Assembly: GCA_038087875.1 (NCBI GenBank)
Contig: CM075995.1
Coordinates: forward strand, 3,350,001-3,414,000
Source of the DNA: Malacoraja senta
Taxonomy: Eukaryota
Length of the DNA: 64,000 bases
Direction: 5' to 3'
The translations under genes and the position numbers were made by a program. Shown here piece by piece: positions 11,461-22,354 of the stretch. The notes below the pieces were generated by a model. The model was not told the origin of the DNA. It did no database searches and saw nothing but the letters and a program-made list of their open reading frames with translations. Within the stretch, counting starts at the first letter, position 1. Every line of letters starts with the position of its first letter.

Positions 11461-12364
11461 TTCATAGTTTCCCCCTCGGATGAGAGGGGTTACTGATATT
11501 ATTGTTATTTGTTCATTTATCAGCATCAGCATGTTTTAAATCTATGTCATGTCTGTATGCATTATGAATGTTTCCTTTATCTGTGGTCAACTCATGCAGT
11601 TGTGCTTGTGTGGACTCGTTTACCACGGCATGAAATCACAGCTTTAATCACGTGACTCCGAAGTAAAATCACGTGACTCCGAAGTAAAATAGTAAGATTA
11701 AACGAGAACTTACCAGTTTGAAGTTTGATCGTTATTTTATGAGGAGTTACGATGAGGGATTACGTGCCCTCCGCTCCCGGCCCTCGTAACATAAAGATTT
11801 TTCGGTAAGTTCTAGTCAACTATAATCTTACTATGTTAGTTCAACACTGTTATCTGTGATTTCACACCGCTGCTTTGAAGATTGACGCGCACGCGTGGGG
11901 ACGGCCTTCTTCACGTAATCCCTCATCGTAACTCTTCATAAAATAACGATCAAACTTCAAACTGGTAAGTTCTCGTTTAATCTTACTATTCTTTGCCACA
12001 GAAGGCTGTGGAGGCCAAGTCAATGGATATTTTTAAGGCAGAGCTAGACAGATTCTTGATGAGTACGGGTGTCAAGGGTTATGGGGAGAAGGCAGGGGAA
12101 TGGGGTTAGGAGGGAGAGATAGATCAACCATGATTGAATGGCAGAGTAAACTAGATGGGCCGAATGGCTTAATTCTGCTCCTTTCACTTATGATCTTCTG
12201 ACCTTCTGTGCTACACCCATACTGGAGGAACAGCACCTCATATTTTGATTGGGTAGCTTACAACCCAGAGGTATAAATGTTGGATACTCTTTCCTCCCTT
12301 CGCCCTCTTGCCGATTCCTCCACCCTAGTCGTTTAGCCAGTTCCAGAGTTCACCACATTCACAA

Positions 12365-12948
12365 GTTCATGTTCATAAGTTTTAGGAGTAGAATTAGGCC
12401 ATTTGGCCCACAAGTCTTCAATCATGGCTGATCTCTGCCTCCTAATCCCATTTTCCTGCCTTCTCCACATAACCCTTGACACCAGTTCTAATCAGGAATT
12501 TGTCTATCTCTGACTTAAAAATATCCACTGACTTGGCCTCCACAGCCCTCTGTGGCAATGAGTTCCACAGATTAACTACCCTCTAACTAAAGAAATTCCT
12601 CCTCGCCTCCTTTCAAAAAGAGCGCCCTTTAATTCTGAGGCTATGACCTCTGGTCCTAGACTCTCCCACCAGTGGAAACATCCTTTTCATATCCACTCTA
12701 TCTATTGCCTTTCATTATTCTGTAAGTTTCAATGAGGTCTCCCCTCAACCTTCTAAACTCCAGCGAGTAGAGACCCAGTGCTGTCATATGCTCATTATGT
12801 GCTAAGCCACTCATTCCTGGAATAATTCTTGTAAACCTCCTCTGGACCTGCTCCAGAGCCAGCACATCCTTCCTCAGATATGGGGCCCAAATTTGCTCAC
12901 AGTACTTCAAAGGCGGCCCGACCAGTGTCTTATAGAGCCTCAGCATTG
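12365..12948 (-). mobile_element. CR1 LINE 3' fragment
   Basis: MLRLYKTLVGPPLKYCEQIWAPYLRKD..LEFRRLRGDLIETYR. Confidence 0.9.
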
Positions 12949-13473
12949 TAAGCCTCTTGAGATTGCACCTTCCCTAGCAAATAGTTGGGCCTAGCAGGGC
13001 ACCTCCCAGCCTGAGGTCATTTGCTGGCCCTGACTGGTCATGGGTTTTTTTTCTCGCTTTCAGCTTGACACCACCCCCCCCCTCTCCCCCCCCCCCCCCG
13101 AAACATCACCCATCCTTTTCCTCCAGAGGTGCTGCCTGATCCACCGAGTTACTCCAGCATTTTGTGTATAGCATTCTGCCCAATGTTTAATGATCGGACT
13201 CATGTCTTGTCTTCCCGTCTGAGTGGTTAGCATTCATTTTAGCAACGTACATGATAAAGTTAAGTGCACAGTGTGAGGGCAGTTTTAACCAGTCAAGAAA
13301 CCTAAGGGGTCAGGAGCAATGCCGATTATATATTGTGCATTCAGGAATCATTGAGCAGACTGCAAATTCAGCATTTATATGGCTGCTGCCTTTTCAACCA
13401 CCAAGTTAAGTTAAAATTACCCCAACCCTGCTGGACTGTAATGAATAGAATGGATGAAGCAATGGAGTAATAG

Positions 13474-14514
13474 TAGCAATGTTACAAAATTTTGAGATTT
13501 AAAAAATAAAGTCTGCAATTTATCCCATCAGATAAAGCATAAAAATACGTTTAATTTGACACCTAATTCACTTTCATATCTTCAGTATTAAAGATGTTAT
13601 GGCCATTTTCATATCGGAAATTAGCATCTTGTTCCCTATTGCTTTCCATTGACTTAACACAAAAGCTGTGATCGAGGACAGTTAAAAGCCCATAACTTTC
13701 TTAAAAATTAAGAGAACTGAAAGAAATTTTCAGTTATTATAGATTGAAGCATTCTGAAACAAATATGAAACAATCTTACTTAGAAGACATGAAATTAAAG
13801 CATATAATTAGTTAGTTACCTAATTGTAGCTAATTACAAAATTCAATTACTAGATCTAAACATCTATCAATTTCTTAAGAATAGATTAACATTTTTAAAT
13901 AGCCTAAGTGTCCAAATAACATTCCCACAAGAATTCACAATGTAACATAATTTTTAAATCTCATTGTCATGAATTTACAGGCCAAATGGAAGGAATTGAA
14001 TGTTTAATACCTGTAAATTAATGGGGATTTAAATCATCTTGTGAGTGAGGATTTCTGGAACGCGATCTTTTGGAACATTCATTTGCGGTGAATTTAACCC
14101 CGTATTGGCATGAAAAATTCTGCCGTTAGTTCGGGGAATAAAATCACCGTTTCGCATGAAAAAATTTGAATTAAAGGCTTCTTAAGAAGCACTTTTATAC
14201 ATTTAAATAAACCACTTTCGTTTACCTGTCCCGTGTATGAAATCCATCCCCGTTATCGGCGTTGACGGCTTCAGGAGCTGATTTTAAAACAACTCCAGCG
14301 CTGACATTGTCGATTTAATAAAAATAAAAAATTCACAAAACGCCCCTAGGAATGATTTTTCAGCAAACGCTTGTACTCCAACGAAATATAATTCAGGACA
14401 AGGTAGGAGAAACCCGCGTTTTAAGCCTGCCCCCCCCTTAAAGGCGCCAAAATCGCGCACACGGCCAGTGGCAGAATTGCAGCGCGACTGAAGTTAAGTA
14501 TTGTAACATACCTA
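13474..14514 (+). mobile_element. Non-autonomous DNA transposon, 1041 bp, imperfect TIRs, 7-bp TSD (copy 1)
   Basis: Ends TAGCAATGTTACAA / TTGTAACATACCTA; flanks GTAATAG (13467-13473) and ATAATAG (14515-14521); colinear inverted copy at 52772-53814. Confidence 0.85.
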
Positions 14515-14526
14515 ATAATAGAGGTG

Positions 14527-14850
14527 GGCAGCATGGTGGCGCAGTGGTAGAGTTGCTGCCTTACAGCGCTTACAGCACCAGAGACCCGGGTTCGATCCCG
14601 ACTACGGGTGCTGTCTGTACGGAGTTTGTACGTTCTCCACGTGACCGCACGGGTTTTCTCCGCGATCTTCGGTTTCCTCCCACACTTCCAAGACGTACAG
14701 GTTTATTGGCTAATTGGCTTGGTATAAATGTAAAAATTGTCCCAAGTGTATGTCGGGTAATGTTAATGTGCGGGGATCGCTGGTCGGCATAGACTCGGTG
14801 GGCAGAAGGGCCTGTTTCTGCACTGTATCTCTAAACTAAACTTAACTAAA
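14527..14850 (+). mobile_element. HE1/V-SINE, full length
   Basis: tRNA head (tggcgcagtgg; ggttcgatccc), V-domain (tttgtacgttctcc..gggttttctcc..cggtttcctcccacac), CR1-like tail aagggcctgtttc..(ctaaa)n. Confidence 0.9.
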
Positions 14851-15264
14851 TAGCAAAAGCTCTATGTAGTTTAGAGGTTGTTTATATCTCGGGATCTCTC
14901 TCGATTTCTATTTAAGACATTGGAACTTGGCCAGTGAGTTAAAGTGTTTTAAATACTCTATCTTCACAGAAGGCAAAAAAAAAGCCTCCCAGAACAACTG
15001 GAGTACCCAGGGGCCAATGAAAAGGAAATTAAAGATTAGTTAGAAAATAATGCCAGCAGACGAGTTTGAGTATGAATACGGAAATCCCAAGCACTTCATG
15101 GTCAATGTTTCCAAGTAATGAATGAGGTGGCTACAGAATAGTGGATACTCTGGTGATCTTCCAAAATTCCATAGTTTCAGGAATGTTTGGTGGATAAATA
15201 GTTGGCACCCATTTGTTAAGGAAGGGGTGAGGGAGCAAACATGAACTGCAGACCTGTTAGCTTG

Positions 15265-15516
15265 AAGAGAGATACAAAATGCTGGAGTAACTCAGCGGGA
15301 CACGCAGCATCTCTGGAGAGAAGGAATGGGTGACGTTTCGGGTCGAGACCCTTCTTCGGACAGTAACTGACAGCTGAGTCTGAAGAAGGGTCTGGACCCG
15401 GAACGTCACCCATTCCTTCTCTCCAGAGATGCTGCCTGTCCCGCTGAGTTATTCCAGCATTTTGTAGAGTCTGGAGAAGGGTCTATTTTCGGTTTAAACC
15501 AGCATCTGCAGTTCCT
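15265..15516. mobile_element. Head-to-head inverted Penelope pLTR doublet with hammerhead-like cores
   Basis: 15265-15360 is the reverse complement of ~15379-15465. Confidence 0.85.
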
Positions 15517-15579
15517 TAGCTTGTGTTAGCTTGACACTGATAGTCGGGAAGTATAAAACCATTTATAAAAGCTGTCAGC

Positions 15580-15861
15580 GACACTGCCTCAGCGTCAGAG
15601 ACCCGGGTTTGATCCTGACCTCGGCTGCAGTTTTGAGATTGTACCTTCCCTCTGTGGCCACGTGGGTTTCCTCTGGGTGCTCTGGTTTCCTCCCACATCC
15701 CAAAGACGTGCGGTTAATTAGCCTCAGTAAAATTGCATCGAAAGTGTAGGAAGTGGGTAAGAAAGTGGGATGACATAGAACTAGTGTGAAGAGGTGATCG
15801 ATGGTTGATGTGGGCTTGTTGGGCCGAAGGGCCTGTTTCTATGCAGTATCTCTAAAGTAAA
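15580..15861 (+). mobile_element. HE1/V-SINE
   Basis: B-box region, V-domain and tail present. Confidence 0.8.
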
Positions 15862-16369
15862 CATTTTACCAAATCACTGTTAATTTAGGTCTTGTTTCCT
15901 CCTCCTGCATTGAGTAAATGTTTGAACCCGTTATGAACAATTTTGAAAGTGTAATAAGTATTTAGCGGTATATACGTTTTTTATTCCATTTAATTAAATG
16001 GAAAGAGATGCAATTCAAATTAGTTTTTAGTTTTGAGTTTTGAGTTTAGTTTAGAGATACAGCGTGGAAACCGAGTTCGCACTGACAAGCAATCCACACA
16101 CATTAACACCATCCTACACGCACTAGGGGCAATTTTACATGTATACCAAGTCAATGAACTTACAAACCTGGTCAAATTAGTCCGTCACTAACAACTGTCC
16201 CCAACTCAAATCTTTCACCTGCCTCCCAACCATTTTGCAGTTTTATTCCGTTGTGATTGATTCTTGGTTCTTTCATGTGCCATGAACAGAGCAATGCTGC
16301 TTCCATCCTGGGAAGGCCTCCTCATATGTCACTAAGCAAGCAATAGAGTTGCACTACACACTGAAAGTT

Positions 16370-16530
16370 ATAGAGTCATGGAGTCTTACAGTGTGGAAAC
16401 AGACCCTTCGGCCCAAGTTGCCCACACCGACCAACATGTCCCATCTACACTAGTCCCACCTGCCTGCATTTGGCCCATATCCCTCTAAACCTATCCCGTC
16501 CATGTACCTATCTAAATATTTATTAAACGT
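16370..16530 (-). mobile_element. CR1 3' end fragment
   Basis: ccttcggcccaagttgcccacaccgaccaacatgtccc..ggcccatatccctctaaacc. Confidence 0.75.
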
Positions 16531-16585
16531 GAAAATTGCTCACTCAGTCTTCCACGACCTGGAAAATTCAAAGTGGATTTGTACA

Positions 16586-16775
16586 GGGTTGCAGTTGTAC
16601 AGGTCCCTGGTGAGACCACACCTGGAGTATGGTGTGCAGTTTTGGTCTCCTAATTTGAGGAAGGACATTATTGTCACTGTTTCTTGCTATTGAGGGAGTG
16701 CAGAGTAGGTTCATCAGGTTAATTTGCAGGATGGCGGGACTGACATATGATGAAAGAATGGATCGACTGGGCTTA
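16586..16775 (+). mobile_element. CR1 ORF2 fragment interrupted by a Helitron (resumes ~19473)
   Basis: LQLYRSLVRPHLEYGVQFWSPNLRKDI; continues gaggggatcttatagaaacatat after the Helitron. Confidence 0.8.
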
Positions 16776-17149
16776 TGTATATTGCTAAAAGTAAGATCTT
16801 GACCACTTCCTGTTTATCTGTTTCATGATTTTTGAAAAAACGCTGCCGCTTACGGCTGTGATTTTTGGGCATCTTACTCAGAGCCCCCCTCCGCTGCGCA
16901 GGACAAGAGGATTTTTCCCATCGATGAAAAATTAAAGAGTTATTAATGTTTTAAAAATGTTGACATTCTCTCTGCTGCCCCTGCTGGTGGGAGGGGGGAG
17001 GGACTATGAAACCCGGAAGTGTTGTGCCTCACTCAGTCTCTGCAAGATGGAGGAAGCGAGAGGGTCACGTCTCTCTGAGCTGTGAATAACACCAAACACA
17101 TGTCGACTCAACTGTGGGTGCCCTTAATGTGGTTTGAAAATGAAAATGT

Positions 17150-17562
17150 GGTTGCTTTGAAATGCTCCACTGCAAATGGTTGTTGGAGGTGGTAACTGCT
17201 TTGAAATGTTGCACTGCAAATGGTTGCCGGTGGTGGTAACTGCTTTGAAATGCTGCACTGCAAATGGTTGCTGGTGGTGGTAACTGCTTTGAAATGCTGC
17301 ACTGCAAATGGTTACTGGTGGTGGTGGTAACAGCTTTTAAATGCTGCACTGCAAATGGCTGATGGTGGTGGTGGTAACTGCTTTGAAATGCTGCACTACA
17401 AATGGTTGCTGGTGGTGGTGCTAACTGCTTTGAAATGCTGCACTGCAAATGATTGTTGGTGGTGGTGGTAACTGCTTTGAAATGCTGCACTGCAAATGGT
17501 TGCTGGTGGAGGTGGTAACTGCTTTAAAATGCTGCACTGCAAATGGTTGTTGGTGGTGGTAA
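17150..17562 (+). repeat. ~42-45-bp tandem array in Helitron
   Basis: ggtggtggtaactgctttgaaatgctgcactgcaaatggttgct x ~9. Confidence 0.9.
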
Positions 17563-17760
17563 CTTGACAACTTCCTGTTTACACTGTATATTGATTTTAG
17601 ATAAAACGCTACCACTTACAGCTGTGATTTTTGGCTATCTTACTCAGTCCCCATCTGCTCATCAGGTGCAGAGGATTCTTCCCATCAATGAAAAATAAAA
17701 GTGTTATCAGTGTTTAAAAAAATGTTGAGAATCTCTCTCCTGTCAATCATGCCATGAAGG

Positions 17761-17836
17761 CCACGCCCCTTCTGGTGGGAGGGCGGAGGGATTATAAAAC
17801 CCGGAAGTGTGGGTGTTGCTCAGTCTCTGCAAGATG
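17761..17836 (+). promoter_or_regulatory. Candidate Pol II core-promoter cassette carried by the Helitron
   Basis: CCACGCCCC and GGGCGG boxes, TATAAAA 17793-17799, ETS-like CCGGAAGT 17801-17808, Inr-like TCAGT with its A 29 nt after the TATA start, then CAAGATGG. Confidence 0.45.
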
Positions 17837-17860
17837 GGGGAGGGAGACGTCATGACTCTG

Positions 17861-18734
17861 GGGGGTTTTGACTTTTAATGTGGGGGGGTTAGGTGGTAAC
17901 TATTTTTAGGTCCCTACCTGGTCGGTGAGGCAGCTTTTTCTCCAGGCTGCCTCGTCGACCCGTCCTCGTGGCCTACCAGCGGGCATGGAGCGCCGTTTCC
18001 TGACGGGGACCGCCCAGCACCTTCAGCTTCGGTGGCGGCACAGCGCTGGAGCGCTATCGGGGAGCATAACGGGCGATGCCTTGCCTGGGTCGCCACGCTG
18101 GATCGACGCGCTGGAGGGACGTGTTGGTGTATGCGCTGACCGCCGACACCAACACCTCCGGGCTACGGGACTGCGGAGCGACCAGCTGCGGGCGGCGGCG
18201 CCGACTCCAACATCGGGAGCCTCATGGCTCCAAATCGGCGCGGCCCTGTCGGCTTCAGGTGCCATCGACTCCGTCGGGAAACCATCCGTTCCAGCCGCTG
18301 CGAGGACTCTCCCGACAGCCAGGAACATCGGGCCTCCATAGAGGCAACTGTGGTGGCCTCGATGGGCCTGACTCTGGGGAGAACTGGGTTGGGGACTGGA
18401 CATTGTGCCTTCCCCCACAGTGGTGGTCATTGTGGGGGGATGATTTCTGTGTGCTGTGCCTGTCAGTCCGTGTACAAGATGGCGGTCGGAGGGGAGAGTG
18501 GACGCTGGCGCGAATTGGTCGCCGCTACTCTCTCCTCAAATTGTGTTTCTTATTTTCTTTTGGTGCTCTTGAAATTGAATTCTGTCCTTGATTTGTGTAC
18601 TGTGGTGTTTTTATATTTAATTTATTCCGATTATGTGTTTTGTCTTTTTTTTTTGTGATTCTATGCATTGTAAGGTGTCCTTGGGTTTTAGAAAGGCGGC
18701 AGTAAATAAAATGATTATTATTATTATTATTATT
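17861..18734 (+). mobile_element. Non-autonomous retroposon with L2-like 3' tail, inserted in the Helitron
   Basis: 9-bp TSD ATGACTCTG (17852-17860 and 18735-18743); tail tgtaaggtgtccttgggttttagaaaggcggcagtaaataaaatg(att)n; head related to the 3975/21635/51422 family. Confidence 0.8.
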
Positions 18735-18831
18735 ATGACTCTGCCTGAGCTGTGAATCAACTGAACACACTGAATGTCTACTGAACTGTGAGTGTGGTGT
18801 TTATGTGGTGTTTTGTGTGGTTTTATTGTGG

Positions 18832-19285
18832 TTTCACCCTGCTTGAAATGGTATGAAACTGCATTTGAATGTGGTGGCCTTGCACCCTGCATGAAATGGT
18901 ATGAAACTGCATTTGAATTAGGTGGCCTTGCACCCTGCATGAAATGGTATGAAACTGCACTTGAATTTGATGGCCTTGGACCATGCTTGAAATGGTATGA
19001 AACTGCATTTCAATTTGGTTGTCTTGCATCCTGCTTGAAGTGGTATGTATCTGCACTTGAATTTGGTGGCCTTGCACCCTGCTTGAAATGGCATTAAACA
19101 GCAATAGCATTTGGTTGCCTTGCACCCTGCTTGAAGTGGCATGAAACTGCTCTTGAGTTTGGTGGCCCTGCACCCTGCTTGAAGTGGTCGGAAACTGCAC
19201 CTGAATTTGGTGGCCTTGCACCCTGCTTGAAAAGGTATGAAACTGCATTGAATTTGGTGGCCTTGCACCCTGCTTGAAATGGAAA
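18832..19285 (+). repeat. 48-bp tandem array in Helitron
   Basis: ggtggccttgcaccctgcttgaaatggtatgaaactgcacttgaattt x ~9; gives 16-aa periodic pseudo-ORFs. Confidence 0.9.
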
Positions 19286-19589
19286 TTCAAGGAATTGCCG
19301 TGAGTCAACTGCTCGCCCACCAGCCGTGAGTGAGCTGCCAGCACATCAGGCTTGAGTGACTGAGCTGTCACCACAAGAATCCATTTGGCCCACAATGTCC
19401 ATACTAGCCCTCTGGAGACCAGTAGTCCCTGCAGCCAACAACACCCATACTAGCGCTCCAGAAAGCGCTCCAGAGAGGGGATCTTATAGAAACATATGAA
19501 ATTCCTCTGGGTAATAGGCTAGATGAAGGAAAAATGTAGTTTTTGCAGTTCATAATTGCATTAAAAATATACTCATCAATAAAATAATG

Positions 19590-20010
19590 GGTTGACTGGG
19601 CTTGTATTAGCTGGAATTTAGGATGAGAGGGAATCTAATAGAAATATAAAAGTCTTAGAGGATTTGACAGGGGCAGATGCAGGAAAAATGTTCCCCATGT
19701 TGAGGGAGTCCAGAACCAGGGGTCACAGTTTAAGAATAAGGAGTAGGCCATTTAGGACTGAGATGAGGAAAAACTTTTTCACCCAGAGAGTTGTGAATCT
19801 GTGGAATTCTCTGCCACAGACGGCAGTGGAGGCCAATTCACTGGATGTTTTCAAGAGAGAGTTAGATTTAGCTCTGAGGGCTATCAAGGGATATGGGAAG
19901 AAAGCAGGAACAGGGTACTGATTCTGGATGATCAGCCATGATTATATTGAATGGCGGTGATGGATCGAAGGGCCGAATGGCCGACTCCTGCTATGTTCTA
20001 TGTTTCTATG
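19590..20010 (+). mobile_element. CR1 3' fragment
   Basis: ESRTRGHSLRIRSRPFRTEMRKNFFTQRVVNLWNSLP..GTGY plus tail. Confidence 0.9.
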
Positions 20011-20289
20011 ATTAGCACCATCAATGGCAAGCCTAGGCAATTGTCCAAGTCCAGCACAATCTGACCCTTTAAAGTTGAAAGCCATGTTGGAAATTCACTT
20101 TAACCTCGCAGATTGTAGTTTATTAACTTTACACATCTTGCATGCATTTTGTTTCGGGCAATCATATCAATGTGCCAGCAAAGACTTGAATAAATTCATC
20201 TTTTAACACAGTAAATTCAAATAGATTACTGTGAGAAAGAGCCTTGAATTACCCAACCCGATCTGCTAATTGCCATTCTACAATGAGCA

Positions 20290-20458
20290 CATAGAAATAT
20301 AGAAACATAGAAAGTAGGTGCAGGAGTAGGCCATTCGGCCCTTCGAGCCAGGACCGCCATTCAATATGATCATGGCTGATCAACCAAAATCAGTACCCCG
20401 ATCCTGCCTTCTCCCCATATCCCTTGATTCTGTTGGCCCCAAGAGCTAAATCTAACTT
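20290..20458 (-). mobile_element. CR1 3' end fragment
   Basis: (catagaaa)n tail complement and 3' UTR. Confidence 0.8.
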
Positions 20459-20883
20459 ATCAGTACTTTTACTCCACTTTGAACCTCAAGCGATTTCCTC
20501 GTTATGGGTAAATGTACAGTATTGCAGCACAACACTCTTCCAGCATTTTTAAAATCTCCCTTTGATTAAAAAAAAAGTAAATCCCAAAGAACAATCTGCG
20601 ATAAACGTATGCACTACACACTGAATGTTATGGAGTCTTGAAGTCTTACAGCGTAGAAACAGGCCCTTCGGCCCAACTTGCCCACACTGACCAACATGTC
20701 CCATCTACACTAGTCCAGCCGCCTGCCTGCATCTGGCCCATATTCCTCTACACCCTTGGGCATCAAATGGCTCAGCATGAGAAAAAAGCCAATGTTCAGA
20801 ATCCCATCCTTCAACATTTCGGATAAGATGTCCATGTGGTGCAACCGAACATTTGCTGCATGTCAAAAGATAGACCCAAAAAG

Positions 20884-21635
20884 CAATCACAATCAATCAC
20901 AATCACAATAATACTTTATTAGCCAAGTATGTTTTGCAACATACAAGGAATTTCATTTGCCAAGTCAGTCATACAAATAAAAAGCAACAGAACACACAAA
21001 ACACATTTTAACATAAACATCCAACTCTGCCTCCTCCACATTCCTCACTGTGACGGAAGCCGAAAAAAAGTTCAATCTCTTCCCTTTGCTCTCCCGCGGT
21101 CGAGGGCCTCGAGCCCTCTGTTGACGGGACAATCTTGACTCCGTAGCCAGCGGCATTTTGGGCCCTCTGCGTCTGGGCGATCCAGCTCCTACATCGAGGG
21201 GATGTCAGCTTCCCTCGCGCCGGGCGATCGAACCCCGCGTCGGGGCTGGTCGAGCCTCTGCGTTCATCGAAGCTCCCGACATCCACGACCCCTCCGGAGA
21301 CTGCGAGCCCTTGATGGTAAGTCCGCAGGCCGCGGTTGGAGCGATCCAAGGCAAGGGATCACCTCCGATATTAAGTCTGCGCCCTGCGGTGGGGCCCAAA
21401 GTCAGGACTCCAGCTCCATCGATGGCAGAGCGACCGGAGACGCGACCCGGAAACATTGCGTCTCCGGCAAGGTAAGAAACTGAAAATTAAGTTTCCCCCG
21501 ACCCCCCCCCCCCCTACATAAAACAAACCGGAGAACATTTACACAGACTTATAAAACGCACTAAAAATAACAATAAAAAGACAAAAAAACAGACAGACTG
21601 TTGGCGAGGCTGCTGTTGTCTGCGCCCCCTGGTGG
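20884..21635 (-). mobile_element. GC-rich non-autonomous retroposon, copy 2
   Basis: Reverse-complement match to 3975-4736, including the (caatca)n tail. Confidence 0.78.
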
Positions 21636-21984
21636 AAAAGGACGCATAGATAAGATAGACAGTCAGAACCTTTAACCCTAGCTTTAAGGCGAGAGGAGCA
21701 GTATTTAAAGGAGATGTGCAGAGTAAGTTTTTCCCTTACACACAGAGGATGTTGCGTGCCTAGAACACACTGCCAGGGTAGTGGTGGAAGCAGATAGATG
21801 GTGGCTTTTAAAAAGCTTTTGGAGGGGTATGGATCACATGCAGGCAGATGAGATTGGTGTCACTTAGCATCATGTTCTGCATGGACATCCGCATGGGCTG
21901 AAGGGCCTGTTCCTGTGCTGTGTTTGTATGAATGGACTCACGGATTGTGTTACCAGTTACATAAATTCTGTGTGGAGCCAAGGT

Positions 21985-22243
21985 TCCACGAAGATTCCTT
22001 GCTTCCACCAAGATGTAGTACAGAATGCCTCAGGAAATCCTTCCTCCCTGTGGTTATCAAACTGCACAACTCCTCCCCCTTCTGTCGTGGAGTAGACTGA
22101 CTCCCCTCCACCCCCCCCCCCTCTAAATCTTCGCACGTCCCCAATCCTTTCCACTCGTCACATTAATTTCTTTGTTTTGTGACTGTTGGCAGATCAATTT
22201 CCCTCCTGGGATAAATAAAGTTCTGTCGTATTGTATCGTATCA
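21985..22243 (+). mobile_element. Rex1/Babar-like LINE 3' fragment
   Basis: PPRCSTECLRKSFLPVVIKLHNSS C-terminus; tail gggataaataaagttc(tatcg)n; related copies at 30700-31062(-) and 40241-40440(-). Confidence 0.7.
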
Positions 22244-22354
22244 TTCTATTCTATGTAGGATGTAATATGTGCCAAGTGGTTTGGTTTGAATTGTCATGGC
22301 AAGTAATTAGCTTGATAAACTGCTCTGAGCAAGGTGGTTAGTGAATCGACATAA

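Larger units (their letters stand above)
7880..11990 (+). mobile_element. DIRS1-type tyrosine-recombinase retrotransposon, non-autonomous/decayed
   Basis: ITR core 7904-7938 is the exact reverse complement of 11883-11917; the ICR (11669-11766) is complementary to both the left end (7880-7898) and the right extension (to 11990); RNase H, methyltransferase-like and YR remnants inside. Confidence 0.92.
7660..12205 (+). mobile_element. CR1 3' fragment split by the DIRS element (7660-7879 and 11991-12205)
   Basis: ..tttagtcagagggtggtgaa..att | ctttgccacagaaggctgtggaggccaag: the two halves are colinear with other CR1 copies in the window. Confidence 0.85.
16776..19472 (+). mobile_element. Non-autonomous Helitron, copy 1 (3' hairpin/CTAG lost)
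   Basis: 5' end a|tgtatattgctaaaagtaagatcttgaccac matches the TC-starting ends of the copies at 43106, 48649 and 60120; two tandem 5' modules; internal arrays shared with 58495-60120. Confidence 0.8.

Noticed and set aside
14527..14610. tRNA genes
   Set aside because: tRNA-like A/B boxes are SINE heads that continue into a V-domain and LINE tail; no complete cloverleaf
17925..18658. GC-rich overlapping ORFs or CpG island as a host promoter or first exon
   Set aside because: Lies inside a TSD-flanked retroposon; long ORFs are expected from the high GC content
18792..19395. Long periodic ORFs here and at 58504-59248, 17065-17490, 9063-9500, 41312-41653 and 47706-48391
   Set aside because: Read-through of tandem arrays open in several frames on both strands; no protein family recognisable
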